Source of the DNA: Octopus bimaculoides
Taxonomy: Eukaryota
Direction: 5' to 3'
Assembly: GCF_001194135.2 (NCBI RefSeq)
Contig: NC_068982.1
Span: 28,937,922 to 29,000,094, forward strand
DNA: 62,173 bases
Each line of letters starts with the position of its first letter. Positions within the stretch are counted from its first letter, which is position 1. Positions 11,121-23,887 of the stretch are shown piece after piece. The translations under genes were made by a program, and so were the position numbers. The notes beneath the pieces were generated by a model. It searched no databases. It was given only the letters and a program-made list of their open reading frames with translations, and had not been told where the DNA came from.

Positions 11121-11732
11121 TTCTTATTTCTTTATGGCCCACAAGGGAGCCGCAGTGGCCCAGTGGTTAGGGCAGCGGACTCGCGGTTTCTATTCCCAGA
11201 CCGGGCGTTGTGAGTGTTTATTGAGCGGAAACACCTAAAGCTCCACGAGGCTCCAGCAGGGGATGGTAGCGAACTCTGCTGTACTCTGTCTTCTTGTTTC
11301 TCTCACTCTGCTGTACTCTTTCTTCCTGTTTCTGTTGTGCCTGTGTCACGCTGAATATCCCCGAGAACTACGTTAAGGGTACACGTGTCTGTGGAGTGCT
11401 CAGCCACTTGCACGTTAATTTCACGAGCAGGCTGTTCCGTTGATTGGATCAACGGGAACCCTCGTCGTCGTAAGCGACGGAGTGCCAACAACAACAATTG
11501 CCCACAAGGGGCTAAACATAGAGGGGACAAACAAGGACAGACAAACGGATTAAGTCGATTACATGGACCCCAGTACTGGTACTTAATTTATCGACCCCGA
11601 GAGGATGAAAAGCAAAGTCGACCTCGACGGAATTTGAACTCAGAACGAAATTTGAAATTTGAACTTGAACTCAGACGAAATACCGCTAAGCATTTCGCCC
11701 GGCGTGCTAACGTTTCTGCCAGCTCGCCGCCT
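11121..11732 (-). mobile_element. SINE family B, full length, interrupted by SINE-C
   Basis: Minus-strand head aaggcggcgagctggcagaaacgttagcacgccgggcgaaatgcttagcgg, core ttttcatcctctcggggtcgataaattaagtacc (resembles the MetaSINE core as recalled), tail ccccttgtgggc.ataaagaaataag. TSD acagtaaaa(a)tatgtttct. Confidence 0.88.
11148..11497 (+). mobile_element. tRNA-derived SINE family C with (CAA)n tail, inserted into the SINE-B tail
   Basis: A-box GTGGCCCAGTGG and CAACAACAACAA tail. Flanked by a 13-bp TSD, tggcccacaaggg (11135-11147) / ttgcccacaaggg (11498-11510). Confidence 0.85.
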
Positions 11733-11954
11733 TGTAAAACAGTAAAATATGTTTCTGATCATGTCCTGTAGCATATTAGCAGCATATTAAGTCATTCACA
11801 TAACTAACCTGGAAGCTAAATAAAAAATACAACGGTTGGTGTTCTGGTTGTGAGGGTACTGAGTACTAAATATGTACTTCAGTTGATTCCATCAACCCCA
11901 TTGAATATGCATATATTTGTACATATTTTGATTCATGTATACATATTCACACGC

Positions 11955-12197
11955 GTGGGAGACCTACCTGGTGTGGATGAAGATGTCTTCAAAACTAAAC
12001 TAGATTTCCTACTGTCAAGAGTCTTAGATGAGCCTGATTCACGAAAGGAATCGGGAATGAAGGCAGCAGCAGCAGTAATCCGCCTCATTCACCAAATGCG
12101 AACCATTGAAGAAAAAATAATATGAAGGTGTAATAACACCAGTTGGCGGTGCTGCAGTATGGCCACAGCGCCCCAAGCTGAAACTAGTAAAAGAGTA
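11955..12197 (+). mobile_element. 5'-truncated CR1-group LINE 3' end (ORF2 C-terminus plus 3' UTR)
   Basis: Encodes GDLPGVDEDVFKTKLDFLLSRVLDEPDSRKESGMKAAAAVIRLIHQM, similar to CR1 ORF2 ends (..FKxKLDxFL..VPDEP). Ends in ggcggtgctgcagtatggccacag...ctgaaactagtaaaagag. Confidence 0.65.
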
Positions 12198-12250
12198 TAT
12201 ATTCATATACAGACACACTCATACACACGCACCCTCACATACATAAGTAC

Positions 12251-12302
<52 letters not shown>

Positions 12303-12454
12303 GTATGTATATAAAATATAAAAATGTGCATGTGTGTGTGCGTGTGTATTTGATGTGTGTGAGTGTGTGTGTGTGTGTATGTACGTGTTTCTATGTATAC
12401 ATATACCACATAACAATTAGAATAACTTTCTAACGTTCTTAATGGGACGTTTTA

Positions 12455-12795
12455 CATGAGACGTGGCTATGTGGTAAGACGCTTGCATTCCAACCACATG
12501 GTTCCGGGTTCAATCTCACTGTGTAGCACTTTGGGCAAGTATCTTCTGTCGTGTGTGTGTGTGTGTGTGTTGTGTGCGTGTATGTATCTGTATTTGTCTC
12601 CCATCACCGCTTGACAATCGGTGTTGGTCTGTTTACGTCCCCGTAACCTGGTCATTCGGCGGAAGTGACCGACAGAACAAATACTAAGCTTAAAAAATAA
12701 GTCCTGGGGTCGACTTGTTGGACTAAAACCCCTTAAGGCGATGCTCCAGCATGGCTGCAGTCAAATGACTGAAACAGATAAAAGAATAAAAGAAC
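12455..12795 (+). mobile_element. SINE family A, internally deleted
   Basis: gtggctatgtggtaag...ggttccgggttcaatc...ttgggcaagtatcttct, then microsatellite, then the standard 3' half. Confidence 0.85.
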
Positions 12796-13331
12796 ACACA
12801 CACACGCGCGCACATATGCAAGTGCGTGTGTATGCGCGTGCATGTGTATAGGTATGTATGTGTTTGTGTGTATGAGGGAGAGATGGGGTTAGTACTCTTA
12901 GTGTATACCAATTAAACATTTAGGTCAATATTTGTTGTCTTCACTGTAAATACCAAAGTTTACACTTGACATTAATTTAATTTTCAATCAGTTTATATTT
13001 TCGAGTTGTCTACCTTGCACCACTTGACAAGGATTGTTATTAACGCTAATGTCTTTTCTAATTGCATCTATATTTTCAGTTGCTTAAATTTTTTTTAATT
13101 GTACTTCATTTCGTATGTTTGTGCACACTTGAGTATATGATTTTTATGCGGAAGGCATCTTTATCGAAGAGTACATATTGTTCGAGAACTTCTTAGATGT
13201 AATGGGAAACATTCGTATTACGCATTACATACACGCGCACAGACACGTGTACACATATATTAGTCATTATATAAACACTTAGATACAAACAAGCAAACAC
13301 ATAGACACACATACATACATACACGCATACC

Positions 13332-13388
<57 letters not shown>

Positions 13389-13734
13389 NNNNNNNNNNNN
13401 NNNNNNNNNNNNNNNNNNNNNNNNNNNNNNNNNNNNNNNNNNNNNNNNNNNNNNNNNNNNNNNNNNNNNNNNNNNNNNNNNNNNNNNNNNNNNNNNNNNN
13501 NNNNNNNNNNNNNNNNNNNNNNNNNNNNNNNNNNNNNNNNNNNNNNNNNNNNNNNNNNNNNNNNNNNNNNNNNNNNNNNNNNNNNNNNNNNNNNNNNNNN
13601 NNNNNNNNNNNNNNNNNNNNNNNNNNNNNNNNNNNNNNNNNNNNNNNNNNNNNNNNNNNNNNNNNNNNNNNNNNNNNNNNNNNNNNNNNNNNNNNNNNNN
13701 NNNNNNNNNNNNNNNNNNNNNNNNNNNNNNNNNN

Positions 13735-13769
<35 letters not shown>

Positions 13770-14574
13770 GACCACGAACTGGAAAAACATAGCTTGTGTA
13801 TGTGTGTTTGATATTGTTTATCTTCTTTGGGCTGCTTCTCATTCACATTTGAATTTTTTCCGTTGCATGAAACGTTGGGATATATGTATGTATATATGTA
13901 TGTATGTATGTATGTATGTACCGACACACACATATACATACGTTAAACTAATACATTTGTTAAAACTTGTCCATCCCTGTTGTCTTCTTTTGGTGTTCAT
14001 TGCCTAATACTCATACACGCGCGCGCCTGTAAGAGAGTTAGTTATAACGTGTGTTGGCTGCCGGTGAACGCATACGTAAAAGAAAAAGAAAAAATGGAAA
14101 ACAAAAGTTAGTCATGGTTTGATATCGAATTCACACCATCACTGTGTAAGGTTCAAGTAAAATATGATATTTTTCATTATTGCTGATAATCGATTTTCAT
14201 GCCTTTATGTCTGCTTTGAAAGGACTTGTATGTTATTCTTTCTGTGTGAAAGAGGGTTTAATAACCTCTGTATATAACATAAGAAAGCGGATCAGATATA
14301 AAGACACCAGACTATAACCCGTTTCAGAAAATATGGGGAATGAATTAACTGAAGAATCGAGGGATTTCTCAGACAGATGATAGTGTACATACATTCCATC
14401 CAGTTAAATGTTGCCTCACATTTCTTGAGTACAGTGTTAAGACTGCATGCTAAGAAACATACGGTTTAGTTAACTATGGGTGTAATATATTCACATTTTG
14501 GGGTACATATTGGTCGAGAGGTGTTGGGTCATGAACTACGTGACCTTAGAATTGTTGATAATTTTTATCGTTTA

Positions 14575-14955
14575 TTCATTTTTTACATGTTTCAGTCATT
14601 AGACTGCGCCCATACTGAGGCATCGCCTTGAAAAATTTCATTTGAACGAAACGACCCCAGTTATTAGTCATTATATATACACTTAGATACAACTGATAGT
14701 CATTATATCGGATTCTTATGGTGAACCGCTAGGATGGGGGACGTAAACAAACCAACAATAGTTGGCAAGCGGAAGTGGGTGACAAACACAGATACCAAGA
14801 CACACACACACACACACACACGACGGGCTTCTTTCAGTTTCTGTCTACCAAACCAACTCACAAGGTTTTTATTCGTCCCCAGGTTTTACGCAGTGGGATT
14901 GAACCCGGAACCTTGCGGTTAAGAAGTAAACTTCTAACTACACAACCACACCTAT
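14575..14955 (-). mobile_element. SINE family A
   Basis: tttcagtcattagactgcgcc (tail) ... cgacgggcttctttcagtttctgtctacc ... gaacccggaacc...ctacacaaccac (head). Confidence 0.8.
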
Positions 14956-16547
14956 TCTTAAAATAGTTTCTTAATGTATTTAATTATTTAATTATTTATT
15001 AGACGGGCTCGAGATGTGGTAAGCAACATTTTCTAAAGGGCCAGCTACTTAGATAGGAAGGCCTTAAAGTTATTGTTGACATTGTTGTTTTGTTGTTGTT
15101 GAGTTGTTTCATCGATGTTAACCCTTCGTCTTTTAAGGATTTCTTATCTAAAGTAGCTGCTGTTTCCACTCCTTTGGCTTCTATTACTTGCATGTTAAGC
15201 GGCTACGTAGATGCACCCTCATTGGTTTGAATGCATTAAAGTACTTTATAGAGAAACATTCCTATCTATCGTTACTCTCTCACAGAAGCTCCCCAACGAA
15301 GTCCCGACGTGAAGAAATACGAAAGACTATACCCTTGAAGTGTTATGTTATACATTATACGTTTACATGGAGATTATATCGTGTAATTTTAGGCTGAAAT
15401 GTTTCAAGTACTGCCTTGTCAGCCCTCAAGTATATTGGAAATTAATAGAAGATTACAAAGCCAGATGCACAGCAATTAGGAGTCCTGGAGATACACACAC
15501 TTCTCACTTTCTAGTATTCCTGTTGAGAATTATAATAAACAGCGATGCACACTTTCAAGTTCACATTAATATCGACATATCGACAATGTGGATATTGATG
15601 TTTAGTACCACAGATGATGAAGAGATATCGGCAATTTTATTTATTTATTTATTTAGTTAGTTAATTATTCATTCATTCATTCTGTTTTCAGTTGTCCAGA
15701 AAATATCTATTCCCAAAGCACTGATCGCCTCTAGTTGCCGGGATTCAAGTGTAAATTCCAAAAGTCGCTTGCCTCTGTTGACTTACGGGGGAAAGGTCTA
15801 TACGCTTTATAACTTTACCAGCTGGAGTGTTGGGGTGTATAATAAATATGTATATATATATATATACATATAATCAAAGTATGTGCGTGTGTTCTGTGCG
15901 CACGCACACGTCTGTGACTGAGTGCATGCGTGTATATAACATACACAAACGCGTTCAGACACACACGCACAGAGGCATATTTACGCATATAGCCAAACAT
16001 ACATACATATAAAATTTCTCAACACTTCATATCTATTACATAAAAATATATCGAGTTATGTACTAAGATGTGTATGGATATATGTATGTACGGACACCCC
16101 ATATATATATATATATATATATANNNNNNNNNNNNNNNNNNNNNNNNNNNNNNNNNNNNNNNNNNNNNNNNNNNNNNNNNNNNNNNNNNNNNNNNNNNNN
16201 NNNNNNNNNNNNNNNNNNNNNNNNNNNNNNNNNNNNNNNNNNNNNNNNNNNNNNNNNNNNNNNNNNNNTATATATCGGAGTGTGTGTGTGTGTAGGCAAC
16301 AAACCTTGGCATTGAAAATCACGACAGCACTATAATAATGTGTAAAACAGAAGTTCATTACAATCTGTATTCGGAAATTACATGGAATAAACATAGAAAC
16401 TGTTAGACTTTAATTCCACAATCCCCTATGCCAGTTCAGATAGTATCGGTGAATAATGGGCAAAGAGTTCTGTGTTGGGTTGTAAACGAAAATTCATCTT
16501 ATAAAAATTACGAGCGGCATACAACGGTAAAACCGTTATCACATCAT

Positions 16548-16700
16548 AGGCGGCAAGTGGGATGAATCGTTAGAGCTCGGGCAGAATGCTTCGTTGTAAG
16601 TTGTTCCGTATCACTGCAATCTGAGTTCAAGTCCCATCGTGTATACATTGCTTAATATTCTTTTGGGATTGATAAATTAAGTCCCAGTTCAAAGGAATGG
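16548..16700 (+). mobile_element. SINE family B, degenerate
   Basis: ggcggcaagtgggatgaatcgttagagc...ctgagttcaagtcc...gataaattaagtcccagtt. Confidence 0.55.
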
Positions 16701-17478
16701 ATTGGTAGAATTGTAAGAACTTCAGACCTGGTACCATACAGCATTTGCTCCGGTTCTTTGTATTCCTTGTTTGAATCCCCTTGTGACCTAGCTGGGTTAT
16801 AAACTAACCCGTCACCCGGTTTAATATCACCCAGTCTCTTGGATACTTTTATCGGATTCTACTCTATTCAGGGCCAAATTAGGACCCATAGAAGCCTTAA
16901 GCACTTAAAAGAATTTGGTGCACCCATATATATGTAATTCAAAATATAAACAATAATAAACCATAAAATGAATTTTTATTTTTCAAACTGAAACTAACAA
17001 TATGTTGGATAATGTTTATTTTTGTATGCTTCCGCTTTATTTACATTTTCAAAGTTTTGTCCTGCTCTTTTTAATTGCAAAGTCTTTGATCAGATCCTCA
17101 CTGTCACATCACGAACACTTCGAAATTATATTTCCGATCATATAAACCACTTCGAGTATTATTTTAACAAATTTAAAGTGATTTCTCTTGTACCGTAAGC
17201 CATTTACCATTTCTGTGATGCCCCACTTCTCTTCATGCTCTAAGCTCATGGTTATTTTGATGAACGCTAACTTTGTTGCAATCGTAGGACTACTTTTCTA
17301 GTTTGACGATCACTTATTTCCTCTCTCTATCTCACCAGTCTTGGAAGTATTGTAACGGACTTTGGGCACAATCTTGTTTTCTGATCAAACAAAGACAAAA
17401 TGAAATGCTTAAACAGGTTATATGGTAAAGGATGTCTGTAGATATAAGAATGTAAACATAAAGAAACACAACTTCCCG

Positions 17479-17509
<31 letters not shown>

Positions 17510-17654
17510 TGTCATTCTTTTTCTTTTTTCTCCGCCAAATTTTCCAGATGCTTCACCTCCGCTTGTATGATGATTTCCAGTGTTTTTCCTTTATATCTTC
17601 CTTCCTTCCTCCGTCTCTGTGGCTTGGAGTACAGCCACCTCCTGCTCACTACCA

Positions 17655-18148
17655 ACGAGGACCAGCCACAAGGTTCCGGGTTCAGTCCCACTGCGTGGCA
17701 CCTTGAGCAAGTGTCTTCTACTATAGCCTCAGGCCGGCCAAAGCCTTGTGAGTGGATTTGGTAGACGGAAACTGAAAGAAGCCCGTCGTATATATATATA
17801 TATATATATATNNNNNNNNNNNNNNNNNNNNNNNNNNNNNNNNNNNNNNNNNNNNNNNNNNNNNNNNNNNNNNNNNNNNNNNNNNNNNNNNNNNNNNNNN
17901 NNNNNNNNNNNNNNNNNNNNNNNNNNNNNNNNNNNNNNNNNNNNNNNNNNNNNNNNNNNNNNNNNNNNNNNNNNNNNNNNNNNNNNNNNNNNNNNNNNNN
18001 NNNNNNNNNNNNNNNCGAATGTATGCAAAAACAAGGACGGAAAAAAACGAACAATGTTACACAAATACAATAAAAATAATAAAACTGGACATAACAACAG
18101 ATGTCTTTCGACTAAGGACGAATTAAATATATTTAAATATATATATGA

Positions 18149-18185
<37 letters not shown>

Positions 18186-18395
18186 TCTTCCCAACATCGG
18201 TTGTCAAGCGATGTTGGTATGTTTACGTCCTCGTAACATAGCGGTTCGGCAAAAAGGGTCTGATATAATATGTATAGGCTTACAAAGAATAAGTCCTGGG
18301 GTCGATTTGCTCGACTAAAAGTGGTGCTCCAGCATGGCCGCAGTCAAATGACTGAAACAAATAAACGGATAAAAGAATAAAAGAATAAAAGAATA
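17655..18395 (+). mobile_element. SINE family A spanning an N gap (possibly two part-copies)
   Basis: 5' body at 17660-17790; 3' half at 18180-18395 with an (AAAAGAAT)n tail. Confidence 0.75.
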
Positions 18396-20139
18396 TATAT
18401 ATACACGCGTGGGCTCACTCACACACACACACACACACACACATACGTGTAGGCTCACATACACACACATAATATGTGTATTTTTGTAATACAGTATAAT
18501 ATACAGTGCGTGAAGAGATGTGTACATGCTGTTATTATTAATGAAATTGTTGGAGTCTATTTGTCCTTCAGCTATCCGGAGCCAGTGAAAATAAGCATCA
18601 AACACAGGGATCGATTCATTCACATATATCTTGTTCTACAGATTTCTGGAATTTTGCTAATCTAAGAAATCGCTATTATGATATTAAAAAAAACAACTGA
18701 ATGTCGAATCGATTAACTTGTCGCACAAACGCTCACTGAAAATTAAATACACCTTTACGATGTTATGAATGTTAAGACCCAAGACTCTTGTCGGCAAACG
18801 TGTGATCAAATGCGTTACTGTTGTAACTACGCCCTTCATTTTTGAATTTATATCTAGAACTAGCGTGTCCTTCTGTGTGTAAGAAAATAGCACATCATTT
18901 GCATGATTTTAGCAGCTATCTCTATCCATCAAGGATTCCAATCTACTGTCATAGAAGTATGTTTCTAGTTGGGTTCTTCAGAGTAAATATTGAGCATAAG
19001 TCGAACATGCTTAGCGTCTTTTGGATGGGTATAAACATTAGACCCCTAATAAAGTGAGTTCGTTCAGTGTTCAAATGGAGAAGATCTCTTGGGTTCTTTC
19101 CACGTCCAAGAGATTTAGGTATCTCAGCTTGGTAGTCATTGTAGATGATGGAATAGAAGCCTTGAACTGAGTGCAATGTTAGTGGAAGAGTAAGGAATGT
19201 TTATATTTTGTGGGATTGTCACTGGAGATCAGTGTGGAGATGGCCTATTTAGAGTTATATAGATTGAAGTGATGTGAGAGAGGAGAAGTTGAAGATAACA
19301 AAGTGGTAGTGAGCTTATTCACGTGTTAAAATTTTACATTTTGCACACATGAAGTGGATGGTGCTACACGTAAATCCCTTATAAAAGAATGTGAGAAAGT
19401 GTAAAATTCTATGATGGTAAACGGCGGTGTTATGCGACCGCATCGAGCGATGGAATTTCATTTGAAAACCACATGGGATAATATAGTAGACGTTTATGAG
19501 CTTAAAATTAAATAAATTCGTTTTGACTATTCATCAAATCATCAAGTACACAGTATTTTTTTTCTTTCTTCCATTGCTACTATAGCCGTTTCTTTAGAAT
19601 CTTATCACTGTATAACTGAAAACTAGGACACGCAGAAAATGCAATAAGTTGGGAATATCCTGACTCGGTCATTTATAAATTAATTCAGTAAATAAAAAAT
19701 AGGGAAGAGTGACACTGAAATCTGGCTGTTGTAGCTAGTTCTTACTCTTAGCTGTCGACAACCTGATATAATCATGTGGAGTTTCCTCCAACTTTGGTAA
19801 CACTTTACATTATACGCAGTGACGTCTTAGGTGATTTATTATGAGCATTCTTCTGGGATTTTATGAAATCTAATTAATTGCAGCTGTGAAATCATTTCAA
19901 AGGTTGAATACAATTTCCTTCAAAACATAAATATATATACTTTTCAGCGAAGGAGCTGTTAGCCAAATGTTTTCAGACGAAAAAAATGCTAAATGTTCAA
20001 AAGGCCGTTTTGATTATCAAATTGCACTAATACTAAGGATTTTCTCAAACTGCAACAAATATTTAAAGTTTCTTACAGCTTCGTCGTCCTCCTCCACATT
20101 CTAATCTCCAATGAACTTAATCAAATTTATTTAATGAAA

Positions 20140-20284
20140 CAGTTCTTAACTGTATGGTAAAAAGTTTGCTTTCGAGATACGTGGTTCTGCGTAGCACCCT
20201 GGGCAAGTGTGTTCTATTATAGCCCCGAGCCGGCCAATGTCTTGTGAGTGGATATAGTAGACGGAAACTGAAAGAAGGCCGACC

Positions 20285-20285
<1 letters not shown>
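20140..20285 (+). mobile_element. SINE family A, 5' fragment
   Basis: tgtatggtaaaaagtttgc...ctgggcaagtgtgttctattatagccccgagccggcc...gacggaaactgaaagaagg. Confidence 0.75.
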
Positions 20286-20320
<35 letters not shown>

Positions 20321-20417
20321 TGTGTGCGTGTGTGTGTGTGTTTGTGTGTGCGTGTGTGTGTTTGTATGTGCGCGTGCGCATGCACGCGTATATATATATA
20401 TATATATACATATATAC

Positions 20418-20549
20418 AAAATTAAGAGGAATGACCACCAAAAGTGGACTCCTATATGCTAGAAATAGATGCCAAATCACCTAACCACAAAGAGTATGTT
20501 CTCAAGAAAAAAAATTTCAGCACTTTTGGTGGTCATTCCTCTTAATTTT
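20418..20549. mobile_element. 132-bp mini-MITE with perfect 29-bp terminal inverted repeats
   Basis: aaaattaagaggaatgaccaccaaaagtg (20418-20446) and its exact reverse complement (20521-20549), with a 74-nt spacer. Confidence 0.8.
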
Positions 20550-21440
20550 GGATGTAATATAATTTTAATTTTCGGATTTTTTANNNNNNNNNNNNNNNNN
20601 NNNNNNNNNNNNNNNNNNNNNNNNNNNNNNNNNNNNNNNNNNNNNNNNNNNNNNNNNNNNNNNNNNNNNNNNNNNNNNNNNNNNNNNNNNNNNNNNNNNN
20701 NNNNNNNNNNNNNNNNNNNNNNNNNNNNNNNNNNNNNNNNNNNNNNNNNNNNNNNNNNNNNNNNNNNNNNNNNNNNNNNNNNNNNNNNNNNNNNNNNNNN
20801 NNNNNNNNNNNNNNNNNNNNNNNNNNNNNNNNNNNNNNNNNNNNNNNNNNNNNNNNNNNTATATATATGTAAATCTATGTGTTTGTGCTTCCACGACCAC
20901 TTGACAACTTGTGTTGGTTTGTTTGCGTCCCCGTAACGTAGCAGTCCGGCAAATAAAATACCAGAAGTACAATTGAGATTTTAGTGGGATTAATTTTAAA
21001 GGACAAACTGTTTTCTTTTCCAAATACCTTATTGTGTTGGCTTGTGAAAGCAAACTCGATAGCAGAACGGATGAAATATTTCTAAATAAAATAATAGAAA
21101 GAAAGCTCTGCATCAAGCAACGTTATGTCTTCTTGCATAAGCAGCACTAATAGTGAAAATGCTAGGTTTCTCCTTAGTATTATCCCATAAAAAAATTCTA
21201 AGACAAGATAATAACAGCTCATTTTTATGTTCGCATGCACCAGCCGCTACGCGATCTCTTGGTATGTTGTTAGAACTAGGAGCTAAACCACCTCAAATTC
21301 ACACTGTGCTGTCTTTGAAAAAATTGAGCATATTGCAAATTCTTCCCTGAGATAAACTGTTTGTAAAAAAAAAAATGACAGCGTAGCTAAAGTTAGAATA
21401 CCCATTGGTCATCAGAAGTGATTTAGAGTTCATCGACAAT

Positions 21441-21847
21441 AGGCGCAGGAGTGGCTGTATGGTAAGTAGCTTGCTTACCAGCCACATGGTTCCGGGTTCA
21501 TTCCCACTGCGTGGCACCTTGGGCGAGTGTCTTCTGCTATAGCTTCGGGCCGACCAAAGCCTTGTGAGTGGATTTGGTAGACGGAAACTGAAAGAAGCCT
21601 GTCGTATATATGGAGATATATATATATATGTATATGTGTGTATATGTTTGTGTGTCTGTGTTTGTCCCCCTAACATCGCTTGACAACCGATAGTGGTGTG
21701 TTTATGTCTCCGTAACTTAGCAGTTCGGCAAAAGAGACCGATAGAATAAGTACTAGGTTTACAAAGAATAAGTCATGGGGTCGATTTGCTCGACTAAAGT
21801 TGGTGCTCCAGCATGGCCGCAGTCAAATGAATGAAACAAGTAAAAGA
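21441..21847 (+). mobile_element. SINE family A, full-length reference-like copy
   Basis: Complete order: head aggcgcaggagtggctgtatggtaag, B-box-like ggttcattccc, body, internal (TA)/(TG), 3' half, tail gaaacaagtaaaaga. Confidence 0.92.
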
Positions 21848-22368
21848 TTAATCTCGGTGATAGTTTGACTTCGTGTAAAGGTCCTATTATCTAATTCAGA
21901 TTGAAATGCTATCAATAATTTTAAAATCGTTATTTATACTGTGTGCGGCGAGAGATGAAATGATGATTTGCATATTTGTTTTTCCAGTAGAATCAGCCAA
22001 ATATTCTACTCGCTGTTGTGTACGTCTCAGAAGAAAACCCTCTCCTTTTTATGATGTGATCATAGCACACTCAGCCCAATGTTGCAATGGGTTCTGGGAT
22101 ATCCGTGTTTCGGTAAGTTGTGTCTCGTCAACCAGAAGCAGCCCTGGGTCTATGAGCCTAAACAAGAGCCGGTGGTTTTGTTTATTCTTTCAGCGAACAA
22201 ACAGAGCCGATATCTGTGAACCAATAAAAAAAATCGCTATTTGCACTATGTACAGCATAATCGGAAACAATGATTTGCAAATTTATACTTAAAATGTTCT
22301 GACAGATACGTACGCAAATATGCTGATCACTGTGTAATTATGTTCTAAATTAAGTTTCCAAATGAATT

Positions 22369-22576
22369 CAGTGGCGAGGCGGGGCTCGTGGGGTCCGTGC
22401 TAAACCCGTCTTCTCACTCCATCCGTAATGTCTTCCGGTCGGTCCCATCATTCGCTAATTTATATTGTGTTAAATTTTTAAAAGTCATCTTTTGTGTTCT
22501 CCCACTCGTATATCTGACCCCAAATCAGGTTATATTGTTCCCTCTGTGTTGGCCCCTTGTGGGTAATAAAAAAATA
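22369..22576 (+). mobile_element. 208-bp retroposed insert with perfect 17-bp TSD; 3' end shared with SINE family B
   Basis: TSD aagtttccaaatgaatt at 22352-22368 and 22577-22593. The 3' end ttgttccctctgtgttggccccttgtgggtaataaaaaaata matches the SINE-B tail, and there is no tRNA-like head. Confidence 0.8.
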
Positions 22577-22881
22577 AAGTTTCCAAATGAATTGTCATAC
22601 TTTAAGAAATAGAGTACCCAATGTATTGTAGACAATAATATTATGTACCAAAGTTCAAACACATTTAAAAACTTCTTCCACCGTTAAAGAGCAACAATAT
22701 TATAAAATGTACACTATATCTTATAAACACAAAACAGCAGAAGCAACAAACATGGTAATCAAACATATATAATTGCTTTAAAGCATATTTACTGTGATGG
22801 TTTAAGTGCGATTTTGTTTTGTGAGTGTACGTTACTGGAGGCGTGTAAAGATGTGGTGAAAGAAAACGTGTATGCATGTGA

Positions 22882-22927
<46 letters not shown>

Positions 22928-23851
22928 TGTGTGTGTGTGAAAACATACAGGCACAAAGTAAAAATATCAAAATATCAAAGTGGTTAATGGCACCCAGCCG
23001 TTCACTAACATCCAAGCCTTTATAAGTTTATACATCTACATGCTACTTTATTTATCTGAACTGTTGTGTCATTGAATATTATCGGTGAAAGTTCACTTGG
23101 CCTCTTAACCTTAATACATTTGATCGTCTCAAACAATCCGAGTAGAGTTATCTTTCTCAGTTCTCACCTCTTCCCTTTCTATCCAATATATACAAATACT
23201 TGCTTCTGTAAAGTAAAATAAAATAAAATAAGCGGTTAAATGGAAGTGACACAAAGTGAAAAAAAATTCGAGGACAATTGTGTAGAATTAGATGAACGAT
23301 TGAATGAAGAAGTAAATTAGACTGAATGTCAGACAGACAGAGAGAAAAAAACAGAAGGAAGAAGCAGATAGACAGGCGGAGAAAAAGACAAGAAACAAAA
23401 GGAAACGGATACGAATTAATAAAGAAGTAAAAAGAACGGAAAGAGCATAGAAAGTAATAGGACAGGGAGAAAGTGTAAGCGATAGAGAAAAAAAATCATA
23501 AAAAGAGAAAGACAGAGAAACTAAGAGACGTAGAACAAGACAGACAGATATTTAAATAGACAACAGATAGGCTGGAGCAGATTGGAGGCGGAGGCAAAAA
23601 TAAATATATTTGTGATAATGAAAACGGAAGCAGTTGAGTGAAAAACGACGGCAATAGTTATAACAGTGTTTCACCATCTGCTGTCTGAGTTTTGTTCTTG
23701 ACGTTATTGATGTAGATAATATCTAATAGATGTAGATCTTAACGATCGCGCCAAGCTGCTTAAAGGCACTTGCACTTTTTATACAAAGTTATTTTGGTAG
23801 TCATTAAACGTCACTGAACTTTTGGTAATCCTAATTGCACGAAGTACATTC

Positions 23852-23887
<36 letters not shown>

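Noticed and set aside
11148-11215. tRNA-like heads of SINE families A-D as tRNA genes
   Set aside because: They have A/B-box remnants only, no complete cloverleaf, and continue into SINE bodies.
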